A stretch of DNA of 64,000 nucleotides, taken from positions 1,426,001 to 1,490,000 of the forward strand of contig JANHCV010000010.1 of the NCBI GenBank assembly GCA_025594325.1. Direction: 5' to 3'. The notes under the pieces were generated by a model that was not told the DNA's origin, did no database searches, and saw only the letters and a program-made list of their open reading frames with translations. Every line of letters starts with the position of its first letter. Position 1 is the first letter of the stretch. Both the position numbers and the translations under genes were made by a program. Positions 22,903 through 34,328 of this stretch are shown piece by piece. The DNA is from Blastocladiella emersonii ATCC 22665 (lineage: Eukaryota > Fungi > Blastocladiomycota).

Positions 22903-25900
22903 TCAGACCCCGATATCCCACCGCCACAGCCCGTCCCAGTCGACAGGCACGAGCGTCGGGTCGTCGGACGCGGCGCGGCACCGGTCGATCATGACCGAAC
23001 TCGGCCCGTCCTCGGGCATCAGCGACTTGCACTTGCGGAAGTAGGTCAGCGCCGCGTCGAAGTTGCGCTGCCGGTACTCGCCCAGCCCGAGCTCGTAGCA
23101 GATGAACCCGGTGCGCCGGTCGTTGTCCAGCAGGTCGTTGACCCGCCCGATCACGTCGTACACGGGCGACAGCCACGATGCGGGGGACCCGGGCTCGACT
23201 GTATCCGTTGTGATCGAGGACGTTGGCGGGAGCGGGTTGCCGAGCACGCCGTGCACTACACCTTGCTGTATTTGCGTTGAACCAGCCGCCGGCCGCGGCG
23301 CCGCCTCGGGGAACCACATCACATCGACCTCGCGCGTCTCGAACGCCTTCTTGGCAAACTCGTGCGTGCTGCGGTCCATGAGCATCGGCGCCCCGTAGAT
23401 CCGCGCCACCGCCTCGAGCTTGGACGCCAGGTGCACTGGCTCGCCGATCACCGAGTAGTTGGTCGCGTTGCGGAACTGGCACATGCCGCCCGCCACCAGG
23501 CCCGACGTCAGCGCGACCCCCGCCGACACGCGCACGTCCGGGTCCAGCTCTTGCAGCCACGCGGGCAAGAGGACGCGCAGGTGGTCGAGCAGCGCTAGGC
23601 CCGACCGGATCGCACGCGCTGCGTCGTCCGGGCTCGCGATCGGCAGGCCAAAGATGCACGTTACGCGGTCGCTACACGCCGCTCGAGAGTCAGCCTTCAT
23701 CACCGCACAGCTCGACCCGGGAAAACGCACTTGTTGGTCGACAGCACCATCCCGCCATGCATCGCCGCGACCTCGTGCACGGCCGCGTAGTACTTGGCGA
23801 GGAACCCCGTGAGCTGGGTCGCCGACAGCATGAGCGCCGCGACGCTGAACTCGTGCAGGTTGACGAGCAGCACCGTGGCGTTATCGCGCGCGCCGGCCAT
23901 GAGCGACGGGTCGCGCACCATCCCGACCACGCTCGCCTCGCCCTGCACCAGCCGCGACCGCACCTGCGCCACGCGCCGCGAGGACGTCGACGCGTGCAGG
24001 ACCACGATCGCCTCGACCTTCTTCTCTTCTTGGTGGTGATGTCGGTGGGGAAGGTCGTCTTCGACGACCGTCTGCTGCAGGTGCGACGGGAACACGCTGT
24101 AGTCGACGTACACGGGGTCCACGTCCGTGGCGGCCGACCCGCCGAGCAGCGCGGGCCGCATCGGGTACTCGCCGTTGAACCGCGGGGTCCCCGAGGACAG
24201 GCACGACCGCAGGTCCTCGTAGAACACCTCGTGGTGCGTGTCGACCACGGACATCAGCGGCGTGTCCGACTGCGCCATGAGCGCCGCGTGGCACAGCGTG
24301 CCGGCGATCGAGTCCGTCTACAATGACGGCGTGTGAGTTCTGGTGATAGTGCGGGAACATACAAGTGACGTACAATCCACAGGTCCTCGTTGACGCGCAG
24401 CACGATCCCGTCCTGCGACACGAGCGTGTCCGTGGCGAGCGCAAACTTGTTCTCGAGCGCCGTCATCACCTTGGTCGTGTCGTAGGTCCGCTTCGCCCGG
24501 TAGATGAGCACCGCGATCAGCGGCGCGAACGACGCCATGTTGTCCTGGTCCTGCTTGACGAAGAAGCTCGTGTCCGGGAATTTCTACTCTTGTCGTGCGG
24601 GTCAGTCGCCGCGGTATCTTTGGAGACCACCTTTACGTACGTTGGTCGCAACAATCACGCCCGACACCTCGTTCCGGTCGGCCATGATGGGCACCATGAG
24701 CAGGTTACGGATCCGGCGCGAGCGGTACTTTGGGATCGACATGGCGTGCGCGATCAGGACGGGCTCGCCCTGGCGCAGCTGGCGGCGCACCGCGTCGTCG
24801 ACGTCGACGACGCTCAGGTCGAGGTGGATCGCGACGCGCTCGGCGCTGACGAGCTGCGCGACGCTTTTCTCCGCCAACTCGACGAGCTCGTGCAGCTGCT
24901 CGACGCGCGACATGGCCTGGAGATCCGCCAAAATCCGTCTCAGCATCTGGTCGCGCTGGTCGCGGTCGCGCTCGGCCTGCGCCTCCTTGAGCACCAGCGA
25001 CCACGTCGCGAGCGTCGACCGCAGCACAAACTCGTCCTCGACGTCAAAGAACGGCGCCGACGCCGCCGCCTGCTTGTTGGCCAGCTCTAGCACCGCCGTC
25101 ACCCGGCCCGCCTCCGAGACCAGCGCCGCCGAGAGAAAGCACTGCACGCCCTCCGGGTACGCCTCGTGGCACGCGTTCGTGAAGTGCTCGCTCGCCGTCG
25201 CGTGGTACACGTTGAGCATCGGCGACGTCGTCGTCGCGTTGATCTGGCCTGGCGCACCGCCGCCGGTCACGAACGTTGAGTCGCTCGCCACCGAAATCGC
25301 CGCGGCAGCTGCACCCCCGCCCGCTGCCAGGTACTCGTACCCGAAGATCGACGTCGTCGACACGGGCTTCCCGACCGGCAGCCAGTTCGAGCACTCGACC
25401 GCCGCCACCACGCGCCGCGCGACCCCCGACCCGCCGTCGCCCGCGCTCATCGCGCGCTGCGTGCGCCCCGGCCCGCCGCCGCTAATCCCGCCCGCGTCCG
25501 ATTCGCTCGACAGGCTCCCGCCGCGCAGACTCCCGCGCGCCGCGCCCGTTGCGGCGGCGGCCGCGGCCATCCCGGGCATCCCGTCGAGCCCGAGGTTCGC
25601 CATCGCGGCCGCGGCCGCCGCCGCCGCCATGCTCGGCGTCAGGATGCTCGGCGACCGCGAGCTGCGTCGTGACGGCGGCGCGCGCACGCTCGCGCGGCGG
25701 GACATGCGTCGTCCGCCCGCCGCATCCGCGTTGCCGTCACCCGCGTCGGGCGGCACCGCGACCTCGTTGAACGTGTAGATGGCGTAGTACTGCGCGCCCA
25801 GCATCTCGGCGACGGTGCGCATCAGGTGCGCGGCCGCCGCGTGCACGTCGGGTGTCGCCGACGCCTGGTTCAGCGCGCACAGCGTCGCCTCGAGTTTCGC

Positions 25901-27205
25901 GCACCGCGCCGCCGTGAAGGACGCGAGTTGGCGCACGGTCTCGGGGTCTGCGCTCGCCACCAGGTCGGCGTCGGGGAGAGGGCCCGAGACGCCCGTGTGG
26001 AAGCGGGTTGACGTTGTGAGCTTGGACCCGCGCCGCGCCGCGTGCTCGACCGGGTCCGTCACGTCGGGGCGAGGGAACAGCTTCAGGTACATGTTGGCGT
26101 TGGCGACGGTCAGCGGCGCGGGCGGTTTTGGACTGCTGCTGCTGCTGTTGTTGTTGGGCTTCGGGGACGCGTCCTTGCGCGGCGAGCCGGACGACGACGA
26201 CTCGAACGGCGCCACCACGCGCTTCAGCGGCGACGAGACCGGCACGTCCGGGTCCAGCGTGCCCTGCGCCGCGGTCGTCCGCAGCTGGCTCACGGGGACC
26301 GAGACCCGGTTGTGCGACGAGCGCGCCAGCATCGCGTGTGACTCGGTCGTGTGGACGTGCAGCGGCGCGACCGTCTACACTCGTTTGGTACGGTCAGCTC
26401 GCTCTGCTGCTGGTGTGAGAAGCGGACGACGTACCATGGTGCTGAGCCGCAAATGCAGATCCGAGCAGATCCGCTCGACCTGCGACGACCCGCACTGCGC
26501 GAGGATCCCGTGGAGAAACACGTCGCGGTCGTGGTCGCTGAGCCGCGAGAAGGTCGCCCACGCCGACTGGATCCGCGCCGCCGCCACTTGCGGGTCCGAC
26601 AGCATCCCCGCCAGCACGGGGCCCTGCGGCGGGGGCGGCGGTGACAGTGTCATCGTCCCACCGCCACCGTTGGCCTGCCCGTTGTTGCCCAGCAGCGTCG
26701 CGAGCACGCTCGGCGGGCTCGACGACGGCAGCTTGACCGACGGCAGCGCGAGCGCGTCGGCGACTGCGTCCGGCGCGCCCGCCGACGGACGCACGTGCTT
26801 GACCTTGGTGATGCTCGTCTCGTCGTCCAGCACGTCCACCGCGAAACGCAGCCGCACGGGCTCCTGCGCGGCCGCCGCCTGCCGCGACATTCCCCCGCCG
26901 CCGCCGGATGTGGCGCCGGTGCCGCCCTGGTTCGGCCGTGGCCCGTTGCCGCCTGTCGCGAGGTTGCTCCGGCTCGGCGTCGTCGGCCGCACGGGTTTGG
27001 ACGATGCGGGCCGCGGTGTGTCGACGGGACCGGCCGGGAGCCGCGACCGGCGCGACGACGAGCCGCGGACGGCCGGTTTCAGGTCCGACAGCGCGTCTTT
27101 CGAGTCGGCCACGTCGTCGTTGCCGAACAGCGCGACGGCCGGGCCGCGGGTCGCTGCGAGGACGCTCGCCGCGCTTGGTGGCGCGGTCGGCGTGGGCGGT
27201 GCCAT
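22903..27205 (-). CDS. GAF-GAF-PAS-like class III nucleotidyl cyclase-like protein with C-terminal TPR-like tail, 5 exons (27205-26435, 26374-24641, 24583-24374, 24317-23731, 23671-22903), 1356 aa
   Basis: Four canonical introns (60, 57, 56, 59 nt); 4071 nt spliced. GAF signatures (LSAALVSEAGRVTAVLELANK; NLLMVPIMADRNEVSGVIVATNK, DQDNM). Cyclase fold (SAGVALTSG, NYSVIGEPVHLASKLE). Tail YELGLGEYRQRNFDAALTYF..PEDGPSSVMIDRC..WDG. Confidence 0.85.
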
Positions 27206-27424
27206 GGTTGGATGCGATGCGTTGCAGGATGCGTCTATTCAAGATTCATGCGGGCAAGGGTTTCATGGTGGGTGGACTGAGGGAGAGAGACGGAAACGTC
27301 TCCGTTTCGGCGCGACGCGTCGCGCGTCTCTCACGTGATTGATTGACGCGTGAGGGAGCGCGTGTTGGTCCTGTCTGACTGTCGAAAGATTTAGACGATG
27401 CGCAAAAACAAAAGTCTATGATAT

Positions 27425-27889
27425 TCAATAATTTGCGTCTTTCCGCTTGACCCGTCCCCACTCAAGCCCAAAGCGTTCCCAGCACTTCCGCGCCGCTGGA
27501 TGCTCGACTTGAAACGAGCGTAGAGTCCACTTGAGCGGCTGGCCCGACTCGAACCAGAGCTCGAGAATGTCGACACGATTTCGGGACGTAGCGTGGTCCA
27601 GCGCCGCGCTCTTGTACTTGAGCGGTAGCCCCGACTCGTTGAGCCACCACGCGACAAGGTCCTTGTTGAGCCCGCTCGCCATGTCGAGCGCGACGTGGTT
27701 GTAGTAGACGAGGCTCGGCAGGTGCGTGAACCACCACTTGACCACATCGGCGTGCTTGTGCACGCTCGAGATGTCGACGCGGAACGAGTGTCGGAACTCG
27801 TCGCTTGCCTCCTCGCGGAGGAAGGCGACGTTGATCTGGCCAATGGCATCCACGCTGTGCGGGAACCGGGCGCGGACCCAGCGAGACAT
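27425..27889 (-). CDS. Short ankyrin-like repeat ORF (154 aa), possibly a fragment; related to the N-terminus of the 805-2526 gene
   Basis: ALDMASGLNKDLVAWWLNESGLPLKY and ALDHATSRNRVDILELWFESGQPLKW share the W..SG[LQ]PL.[YW] repeat. Confidence 0.6.
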   Translation of the reverse strand: MSRWVRARFPHSVDAIGQINVAFLREEASDEFRHSFRVDISSVHKHADVVKWWFTHLPSLVYYNHVALDMASGLNKDLVAWWLNESGLPLKYKSAALDHATSRNRVDILELWFESGQPLKWTLRSFQVEHPAARKCWERFGLEWGRVKRKDANY

Positions 27890-28032
27890 GGACGCGTCGA
27901 CGTGTCAGTGCGCGATTTGTTCGTTGAATCCCTACGTCCGGTTTCCCACCAAAAGCTGAGGCCGTCGCATCGTTGGAACAAGTTCCCGCGCGAACCACTT
28001 ACGATAATATACTAAACTGTAGAAAAAACGAA

Positions 28033-31000
28033 TCACATATCCACGAACTCCAATTCCGGCTCCTCCGAAAACTGGTCGCACTCCGTCTCGTCAAGACCAA
28101 GGTTCGGAAACGGCGGCAGCAGAAGCGTCCGCTTCATGAGGCGCGCAAGCGTATTGGCGTCGCTGACAGAGAGGTTGAAGCCGGCGAAGTCGCGCGCGAG
28201 TACCTCATCGTTTTTGGGGTCCTGCGTAACTTCGTCGTAAAGCTCTGGTTCCGCGTTGACACGGTTCGATAAGTCAAGGTACTCGAGGAGGGTCGGGACG
28301 AACTGGGCAGGAACGTCAATCTCGAGCAGGCCGATCCCGTTGCTTGTGGAAGCGGTGAGGAAGCGGTCGATCAGCTCTGAGCGAGTCGCGGCCTCGGCGC
28401 GCGCGGCCGACGTGGTGCCTCGAGGTACGAGGACAGCGGCCGTATCAATGACAAGTGTGACACCATAAACCTTGCCATGCGGCGGGAGCGCGTGGTACAT
28501 GAGCCACTTGACGTAAGCCAAAGTCTTGCCCTGGCTGACGAATTTGAAGTTCGGGATCCGGTTTGAAGCAGCCTGCATGATGGTAGCGTACAGGTCCTTG
28601 AGCCAGTTCGCATGCCATTCGCCCAGCGACACGCACTTCGGGCGCTTGGAAGGAAACGGCGTCGAGATTATGCCGAATGAGTCCATTTCCCTCGGCGTGC
28701 GCATCAGGCCAACGCCCGCCATCGCCAGAATATGGTGGAGCTCCGGCGGCGGCAGCGGCTTCTGTCCATGCAGAATGTCGTTAATGGACTGGCGGGTGGC
28801 AATGCGCGGAATGAGCGGGCCGATTCCAAGCGAGGGCGCGACGGTGCCAGCAACGAGATCCATGACGACGGTCACGGACTTGCGCTTCGACTCGAGGCGC
28901 ACCGCTCGGCACGGGCCGGGCATGGAAAGCGTCACGACCTTGCCGTCAACACGAAGCGCAAGCTGGCCGCGGTATTTCGGAAGGTCGGCGGCAGGAACAA
29001 GCGCGACCTTGGTCTTCTTCTTCGAAGCGGGAAGAGTCAAGACCAGGCGCATGGTGCTGTCGTCGCACGAAAGGTGCTCGACGGGCAGCGGCAGCGTAGC
29101 CGCAGGTGCGCGCGCCGCGTCAGCCATGATCCCACGCAGCGGGCCCCACGTATCGCTGAGCGAGACCACGGTCGTCGTGACGGCTGCGTCGTCAAGCGCG
29201 AGCCGCTCACGAGAGATGACAAACGGCTTGAGATCCAACGGCGTGCCGTTCATTTCAATGTCTTGAACAGGGGTGACGGCAAGAGCGAAGCGGGCCTGAG
29301 CACGGAGCGTTGGCGCGTCAAGGATTCCAAGCGGCATGTACCAAGACACGGTAATGCGGTTGTTCGCGCGGTCGTGTTGAGTACGCAAACTTGCGTAGTG
29401 ATAAACTTCGCCGCTCTCAACGTCCATGCCTGCCATGCTGTTTGCGAGGATAACAAGGGCGCCAAGCGGAGGAAGCTCGTGGTCGATCACGGTGAAGGTC
29501 GCGTCGACTCGCAGCGCCTGGGTGCACTGCTTGAAGCCCTGTAAAGGAGAATCGAGAGCGTGAAGCGCGGCCTGCGCGAGCATGTCAAACTGGTTGAGCC
29601 CCACGTCCATGCACTGCGTAATAGCTTTCCACAGCGGCGAAACATCCGGGAACGGGAGCGACGTGTACGGCGTGGAACCAGTCCACACGAGCCGCCGCGA
29701 AGCAAACGCGTAGGGGAGCAGTTTGGGGAGAAACGCGCCGGTCGAAAAGCATCCAGCTACACGCACAATCAACCGATTAATAGAGTTAGTGAAGGATCAA
29801 CACGCAACGGCGGAGACGAGGGCAGACCTTTCGTGTGCTTGCGCGAGACCCCCGTCAACGGGCACCGCTCGGCCATGAGAAGGATCGCGATCAGGTTCGC
29901 GAGGAGCGTAGACGATTCCTGGAGCGCGACAGGAACCGCGGGAGCGTCGACGTGGGCAAAGGTAAAGTCGACGAAGTGCGGGACCCCCTGCCCGTGCCGG
30001 TGGTTGTGCTGGAAGGGCTGAACCTGCGCAAGCCAGTGATCGTCGGCGGGGTTCCCGACAAGCGTGACGCCAAGCGCGGGCGGGAAACCGGTCGGGACGA
30101 TAGCCATAAACTGGAGGTACTCGGTCTGTTGGGGACAGTGGCGCACCGCGTTGGAAGAGTAAGCGTGGAACAGCGACCGCTCGTCGGGATTGGCGAGGTT
30201 GCGCTTGAGGAGCGGTGACCCGAGGACAAGGAGGTTAAGCAGCCCGCACGTGTCCATGACCGTGGACGTGTCGATGACGTTGAAGCGTTCGTCCGGATCG
30301 GCCGCGAGGTAGTCAAGTAGGACGACGGCGTTCTCCTGGACAAACTCGATTTGATGGCGAGAATCGCCGGCAAGCCCGTCACAAAGCGCCGTGCACCACT
30401 CGCCAATTTCGACAAGCATTTCCTTAGCAGTCTGCTTGCCCGAAAGGAAGAAGCCGAGCTGAGGAACAATTGCCTCGATCGGGATCGACTTGCGCGCGAC
30501 GCCGTCCGAAGCGACGGCAAAGAAAGTCGGGTTCGCAACGAGGTCCGAGCCGCGGGTGAAATAAGTACCAGTCTCAACGGCGCGATCAATCTCGCAGCGG
30601 TTCTGCGCCAAGAGCGACGACCTGGTCGCCTGGTCGTACCCGTTGAAAATCGAGGCCAGGGCGGCCCGAACGGTCGCCGAAGCCGTCTTCGAATCACGCG
30701 ATTGGACGACGTCCGGGTCAGGCTTGGCCGATTGAGCGCGATCCAGCCAAGCACGCCAGCACGTCTGGACGCCGTGAAGGGTCGCCTCGTCCCGGACGCG
30801 GAAAGCGGCGTCGGTGTCGAGCCAGTCGATGTCGAGGCAAGCGCGCATCTGGTCGACCCAAAAGCCCAAGGCGGCTTGATCGAGGCGCGCAGAAAACCAA
30901 AGCTGGCTGATCAAGCGCTCGATGTCGCCCACAGAGCGCACCGGGGAGCAAATTGCCTGCAGGATAAGCAGGGCGCGCGCAATCGGCTCCGCGCGAATGT

Positions 31001-31289
31001 CGTTCAGCAAGAAGTGCATGACGGCGGCGGACTCCTTGAGCTCCGCGTCGTGGAACGTGCGCGCGACGGAGCGCAGGTCGTTGAAGCCGCAGAGCAAAGC
31101 CTTGAGCTCGACACTAGCGTCGCTGGCATCATGGTAGAGGAAGATGTCGCTGGCATCATGGTAGAGGAAGATGTCGCTGGCATAAGTATCACGGTAAGGC
31201 TGGAACGGCGCGCCGTCCTCGCGCTCGATAAGCGTCGACGACGCCTGCGTGCGCAGCCGTTGCGCCAAGTCGGAATCTCGATTCGTCAT
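28033..31289 (-). CDS. DUF4470-like (SAM-methyltransferase-like N-terminal) protein, 2 exons (31289-29828, 29756-28033), ~1061 aa
   Basis: ALLCGFNDLRSVARTF...HFLLNDIRAEPIARALLIL and RFNVIDTSTVMDTCGLLNLLVLGSPLL. A 71-nt intron (GTCTGC...CTAAC...GTGTAG) joins two long ORFs in frame; 3186 nt spliced. Confidence 0.72.
31120..31183. repeat. 27-bp tandem duplication (2.4 copies) in coding sequence, repeating DASDIFLYH
   Basis: Unit TCGCTGGCATCATGGTAGAGGAAGATG at 31120 and 31147, partial at 31174. Confidence 0.95.
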
Positions 31290-31988
31290 TTCATCAGCTG
31301 CATGGGATGATAGCTGAGGAGCGAGGGTCGCGACCGCTCGTGTTCGTCCGATCAAGTTCGGTGATCAGGTCACGTTGCGAACAGGTGATTGTCTCACCCG
31401 CGAGACGCGCGCGCGCCCTGCCAGCTCTCCTGGTTGAGCTTGAAGCTTGCTTGAACCGACGCGTGCAGCCATCTCACTTCTCAGATGATGGTGCGCCGTG
31501 TTGCTCCAGCTCGAGGAGCATGTGCGTGACCCGGCCGCTTGTCCGACCTCGCTCAGCTCAGCGCGGGCAGAACGGCCAACCGAGCACGACGCACACGACC
31601 AGCACCATGCGCAACCTGAATCAGTTTGACGACCTTGACTTTTGACTTCAACGACGTGCCGGAAGCTTCACCTTAAGGACAGGCCTTGCGTTTCGGCCGA
31701 TAGTCCGACACGATGTGGTAGTCGATCCCGCGTGATCCATGGCCTTGCGATGTCGCGAAGTTGGTTGAGCGACACGGGCGAAAGTGAGTTTCAAGTTGAG
31801 CCTCACCACACCGACATCCGTCGCTAAACACCGTTGAACCACACGCGACTGGCGCGTGGACCTCAGAAAAGCGTGCGAGAGCAGCGCCGAAAGGGAAAAC
31901 ATGTAGACGAGGGGGTGATGGTGAGGTGGGGTAGACACGGAGAGGGGCACGAGGAGGCAGATCGATACGCGCGAGGAGCGTGGTCGAT

Positions 31989-32972
31989 TTACTGCTTGTC
32001 GGCGGGCTTGGCCTCGATCTTGGGGAAGTCGGGCTTGCCGTCGCCGCTACACATTCAGGAGGGTCGTCAGCAACCGTCGCACCGAACCGGCGATACAAGA
32101 GCCGAACGTACGTCTGCTCCCAGGCGGACGAGTAGTCAAAGTTGCGGAAGGCCTGAGCCATCTCGAGGGGCTCGGCGACGACGCGCTTCTTCTCGTCGTC
32201 GTAGCGGACCTCGACGTAGCCGGAGAGCGGGAAGTCCTTGCGGAGCGGGTGGCCCTCGAACCCGTAGTCGGTGAGGATGCGGCGGAGGTCCGGGTGGCCC
32301 GTGAAGAAGATGCCATACATGTCGTAGGCCTCGCGCTCGTGCCAGTTGGCGCCGGGGAACATGGGCGTGATGGAGGGGACCGCCGTGTTCTCGGCGGCAT
32401 ACGTCTTGATGCGGATCCGCGAGTTGAAGCGCAGCGACAGGAAGTTGTAGACGACCTCGAACCGGTTCTCCTTGGTCGGGTAGTCGACGCCCGCCACGTC
32501 CATGACCTGCTTGAACTGCGCGTTGGTGTGGTCGCGCAGGAACGTCAGGACGGGCAGCACCGCCGCCGGCGCCACGTACACGGTCAGCTCGTCCTTGTAC
32601 ACGGACACCTGCTGGATGTACTTGGGCAGGCACGTCATCAGGTACTGGCTGTACTTGTGCAGCGCGGGCGACGACTCGGTCGGGAGCGAGGCTACGTGCG
32701 GTGGTGGGGACGGTGAGGTGGGACCGCGGCATCGTCGCGAGCGGCAGCAGCTGCCATACCGTAGGCGCGGGCGCCAGCTGCAGCGAGCACGCATAGACGC
32801 GATCCAGACCGGTGTAGTTCATGGTTGTCGATTCATTCCAGTTGGTAATAATACATGTAGCAAGCCGTCAGTCGCCATGGTCCGCAACAGCAGCAGCAGA
32901 AGCAGCACACTCACCGCGGGCGGGCACCAGCGTGGCGCGGACGGCGGCAGACCGGAGGGCCGACGCGAACAT
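31989..32972 (-). CDS. NDUFS3: Complex I 30-kDa subunit (NDUFS3/NuoC), 4 exons (32972-32915, 32777-32760, 32691-32112, 32046-31989), 237 aa
   Basis: [61 protein letters not shown]. Arg/Ala-rich presequence; 714 nt spliced including an 18-nt microexon. Confidence 0.96.
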
Positions 32973-33273
32973 GGTGGTTGGTGGCGTGGAGTGCGGCGAG
33001 TTAGCGGTCGAGCTAGCCGGTATTCTTTTCGTGGGTGCGAGGCGGGCTCGTTAGGATCGCGGCGGCCGCGGGCCGTGGCGGAGCAGCGAGCGATCGGGCA
33101 GGTTTTGAAGAAGTGGTTTGCGCACGTGCCCGCAGCTGATGGGCGCGAATCGCTGGTTTCGTGTGTGGCGCCACGCCGCGCCGCCGCCGCGGGTGAACGC
33201 CCAAGGGCGACGCGCTCGACCACCCCTCCCCTCCCTCCCCTCAGCGCTAGAACGCACACGCAGATCAAGCAAG

Positions 33274-34254
33274 ATGGCGGACTGCGATGACATCGACAAC
33301 ATGGACTTTCTCCCCGAGGAGATGATGGGCGGCGGCCACGGCGGGAGCGCCGGCTTCCCTGCCGCGACGATCGAGGACGTCGAGGACGACGGCCGCGAGT
33401 TCTACGCCGCCAAGCCCTCGGCCTCCTCCTCCTCCACCTCCCGCACGCAGCACCAGCAGCCCCTGTTCGAGCCCGTGAGCTCCGCGCCGTCCGAGTTCTA
33501 CATGCAGCCCCTCGCCTCCTCCTCCTCTTCCTCCTCCAGCGCGCGCCCGATCCCGGCGCAGTCGGCGGCGCAGATCAAGAAGGAGATCAAGTCGTGGATC
33601 TGCGTGTACCCGATCTACTTTGACGCGGCGCGGTCCAAGGCGCAGGGCCGCCGCGTCTCGAGCAAGCTCGCGTACGAGAACCCGACCGTGTACCACATCG
33701 CCAAGGCGCTCGAGCGGCTCCAGTTCCCCGGCGTCGTCGAGGGCGACAAGACGCACCCGGCCGACCAGTTCAACCCCGGACGCGTGCGGACCGTGATCAA
33801 GATGGACGGGCGGCAGTTGCATATGCTCGTCAAGAACCGTACGCACGCGACTTCTCTTGACCGACCGGCTCCGCTGACATGTCCCGCCCGAACCGCGCGT
33901 GTAGGCAGCCAGCTCTTCGCCAAACTCGCGTCGCTGTTCCCCGAGGTGCAGGCCGACGTGGACGAGCTGCTGGCGGCGCGCAAGCGCGAGGAGGAGGCGC
34001 ACGAGGCCATGATGCGCCGCGAGATGGAGCGCATGGGCATGGGCGGCATGCTGGGCCCGCCGGGCGCCGGCGGTATGCCGGGCATGCCCGACATGAGCAA
34101 CCTCGCGGGCCTGCTCGGCGGAATGGGCGGGATGCCCGGGATGATGCCCGGCATGGGCGCGCCACCAGCAGCAGCGGCACCGGCGCCGCAGAGTGCTACG
34201 GCGGCCAAGAGGGCTGCAGGGAAGAAGATCAAGAAAACGGTGGTCCGAAAGTAG
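33274..34254 (+). CDS. SEC65: Signal recognition particle SRP19/Sec65, 2 exons (33274-33838, 33905-34254), 304 aa
   Basis: WICVYPIYFDAARSKAQGRRV, ENPTVYHI, KTHPADQFNPGRVR. In-frame 66-nt intron; Met/Gly/Pro-rich tail. Confidence 0.92.
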   Translation: MADCDDIDNMDFLPEEMMGGGHGGSAGFPAATIEDVEDDGREFYAAKPSASSSSTSRTQHQQPLFEPVSSAPSEFYMQPLASSSSSSSSARPIPAQSAAQIKKEIKSWICVYPIYFDAARSKAQGRRVSSKLAYENPTVYHIAKALERLQFPGVVEGDKTHPADQFNPGRVRTVIKMDGRQLHMLVKNRTHATSLDRPAPLTCPARTARVGSQLFAKLASLFPEVQADVDELLAARKREEEAHEAMMRREMERMGMGGMLGPPGAGGMPGMPDMSNLAGLLGGMGGMPGMMPGMGAPPAAAAPAPQSATAAKRAAGKKIKKTVVRK

Positions 34255-34328
34255 TAGGCGTGGGAGGGGGAGTCGCGAATAGGAGGATGAGTATCACACT
34301 ATTTATTCGTTTTCTCTCGCGCGACAGG

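Noticed and set aside
27350-31900. Terminal inverted repeats around the accessory island
   Set aside because: Only a weak ~10-bp resemblance, no TSD and no transposase inside.
32778-32914. Stwintron or snoRNA in NDUFS3 intron 1
   Set aside because: No internal AG allows two-step splicing and no C/D or H/ACA boxes were evident.
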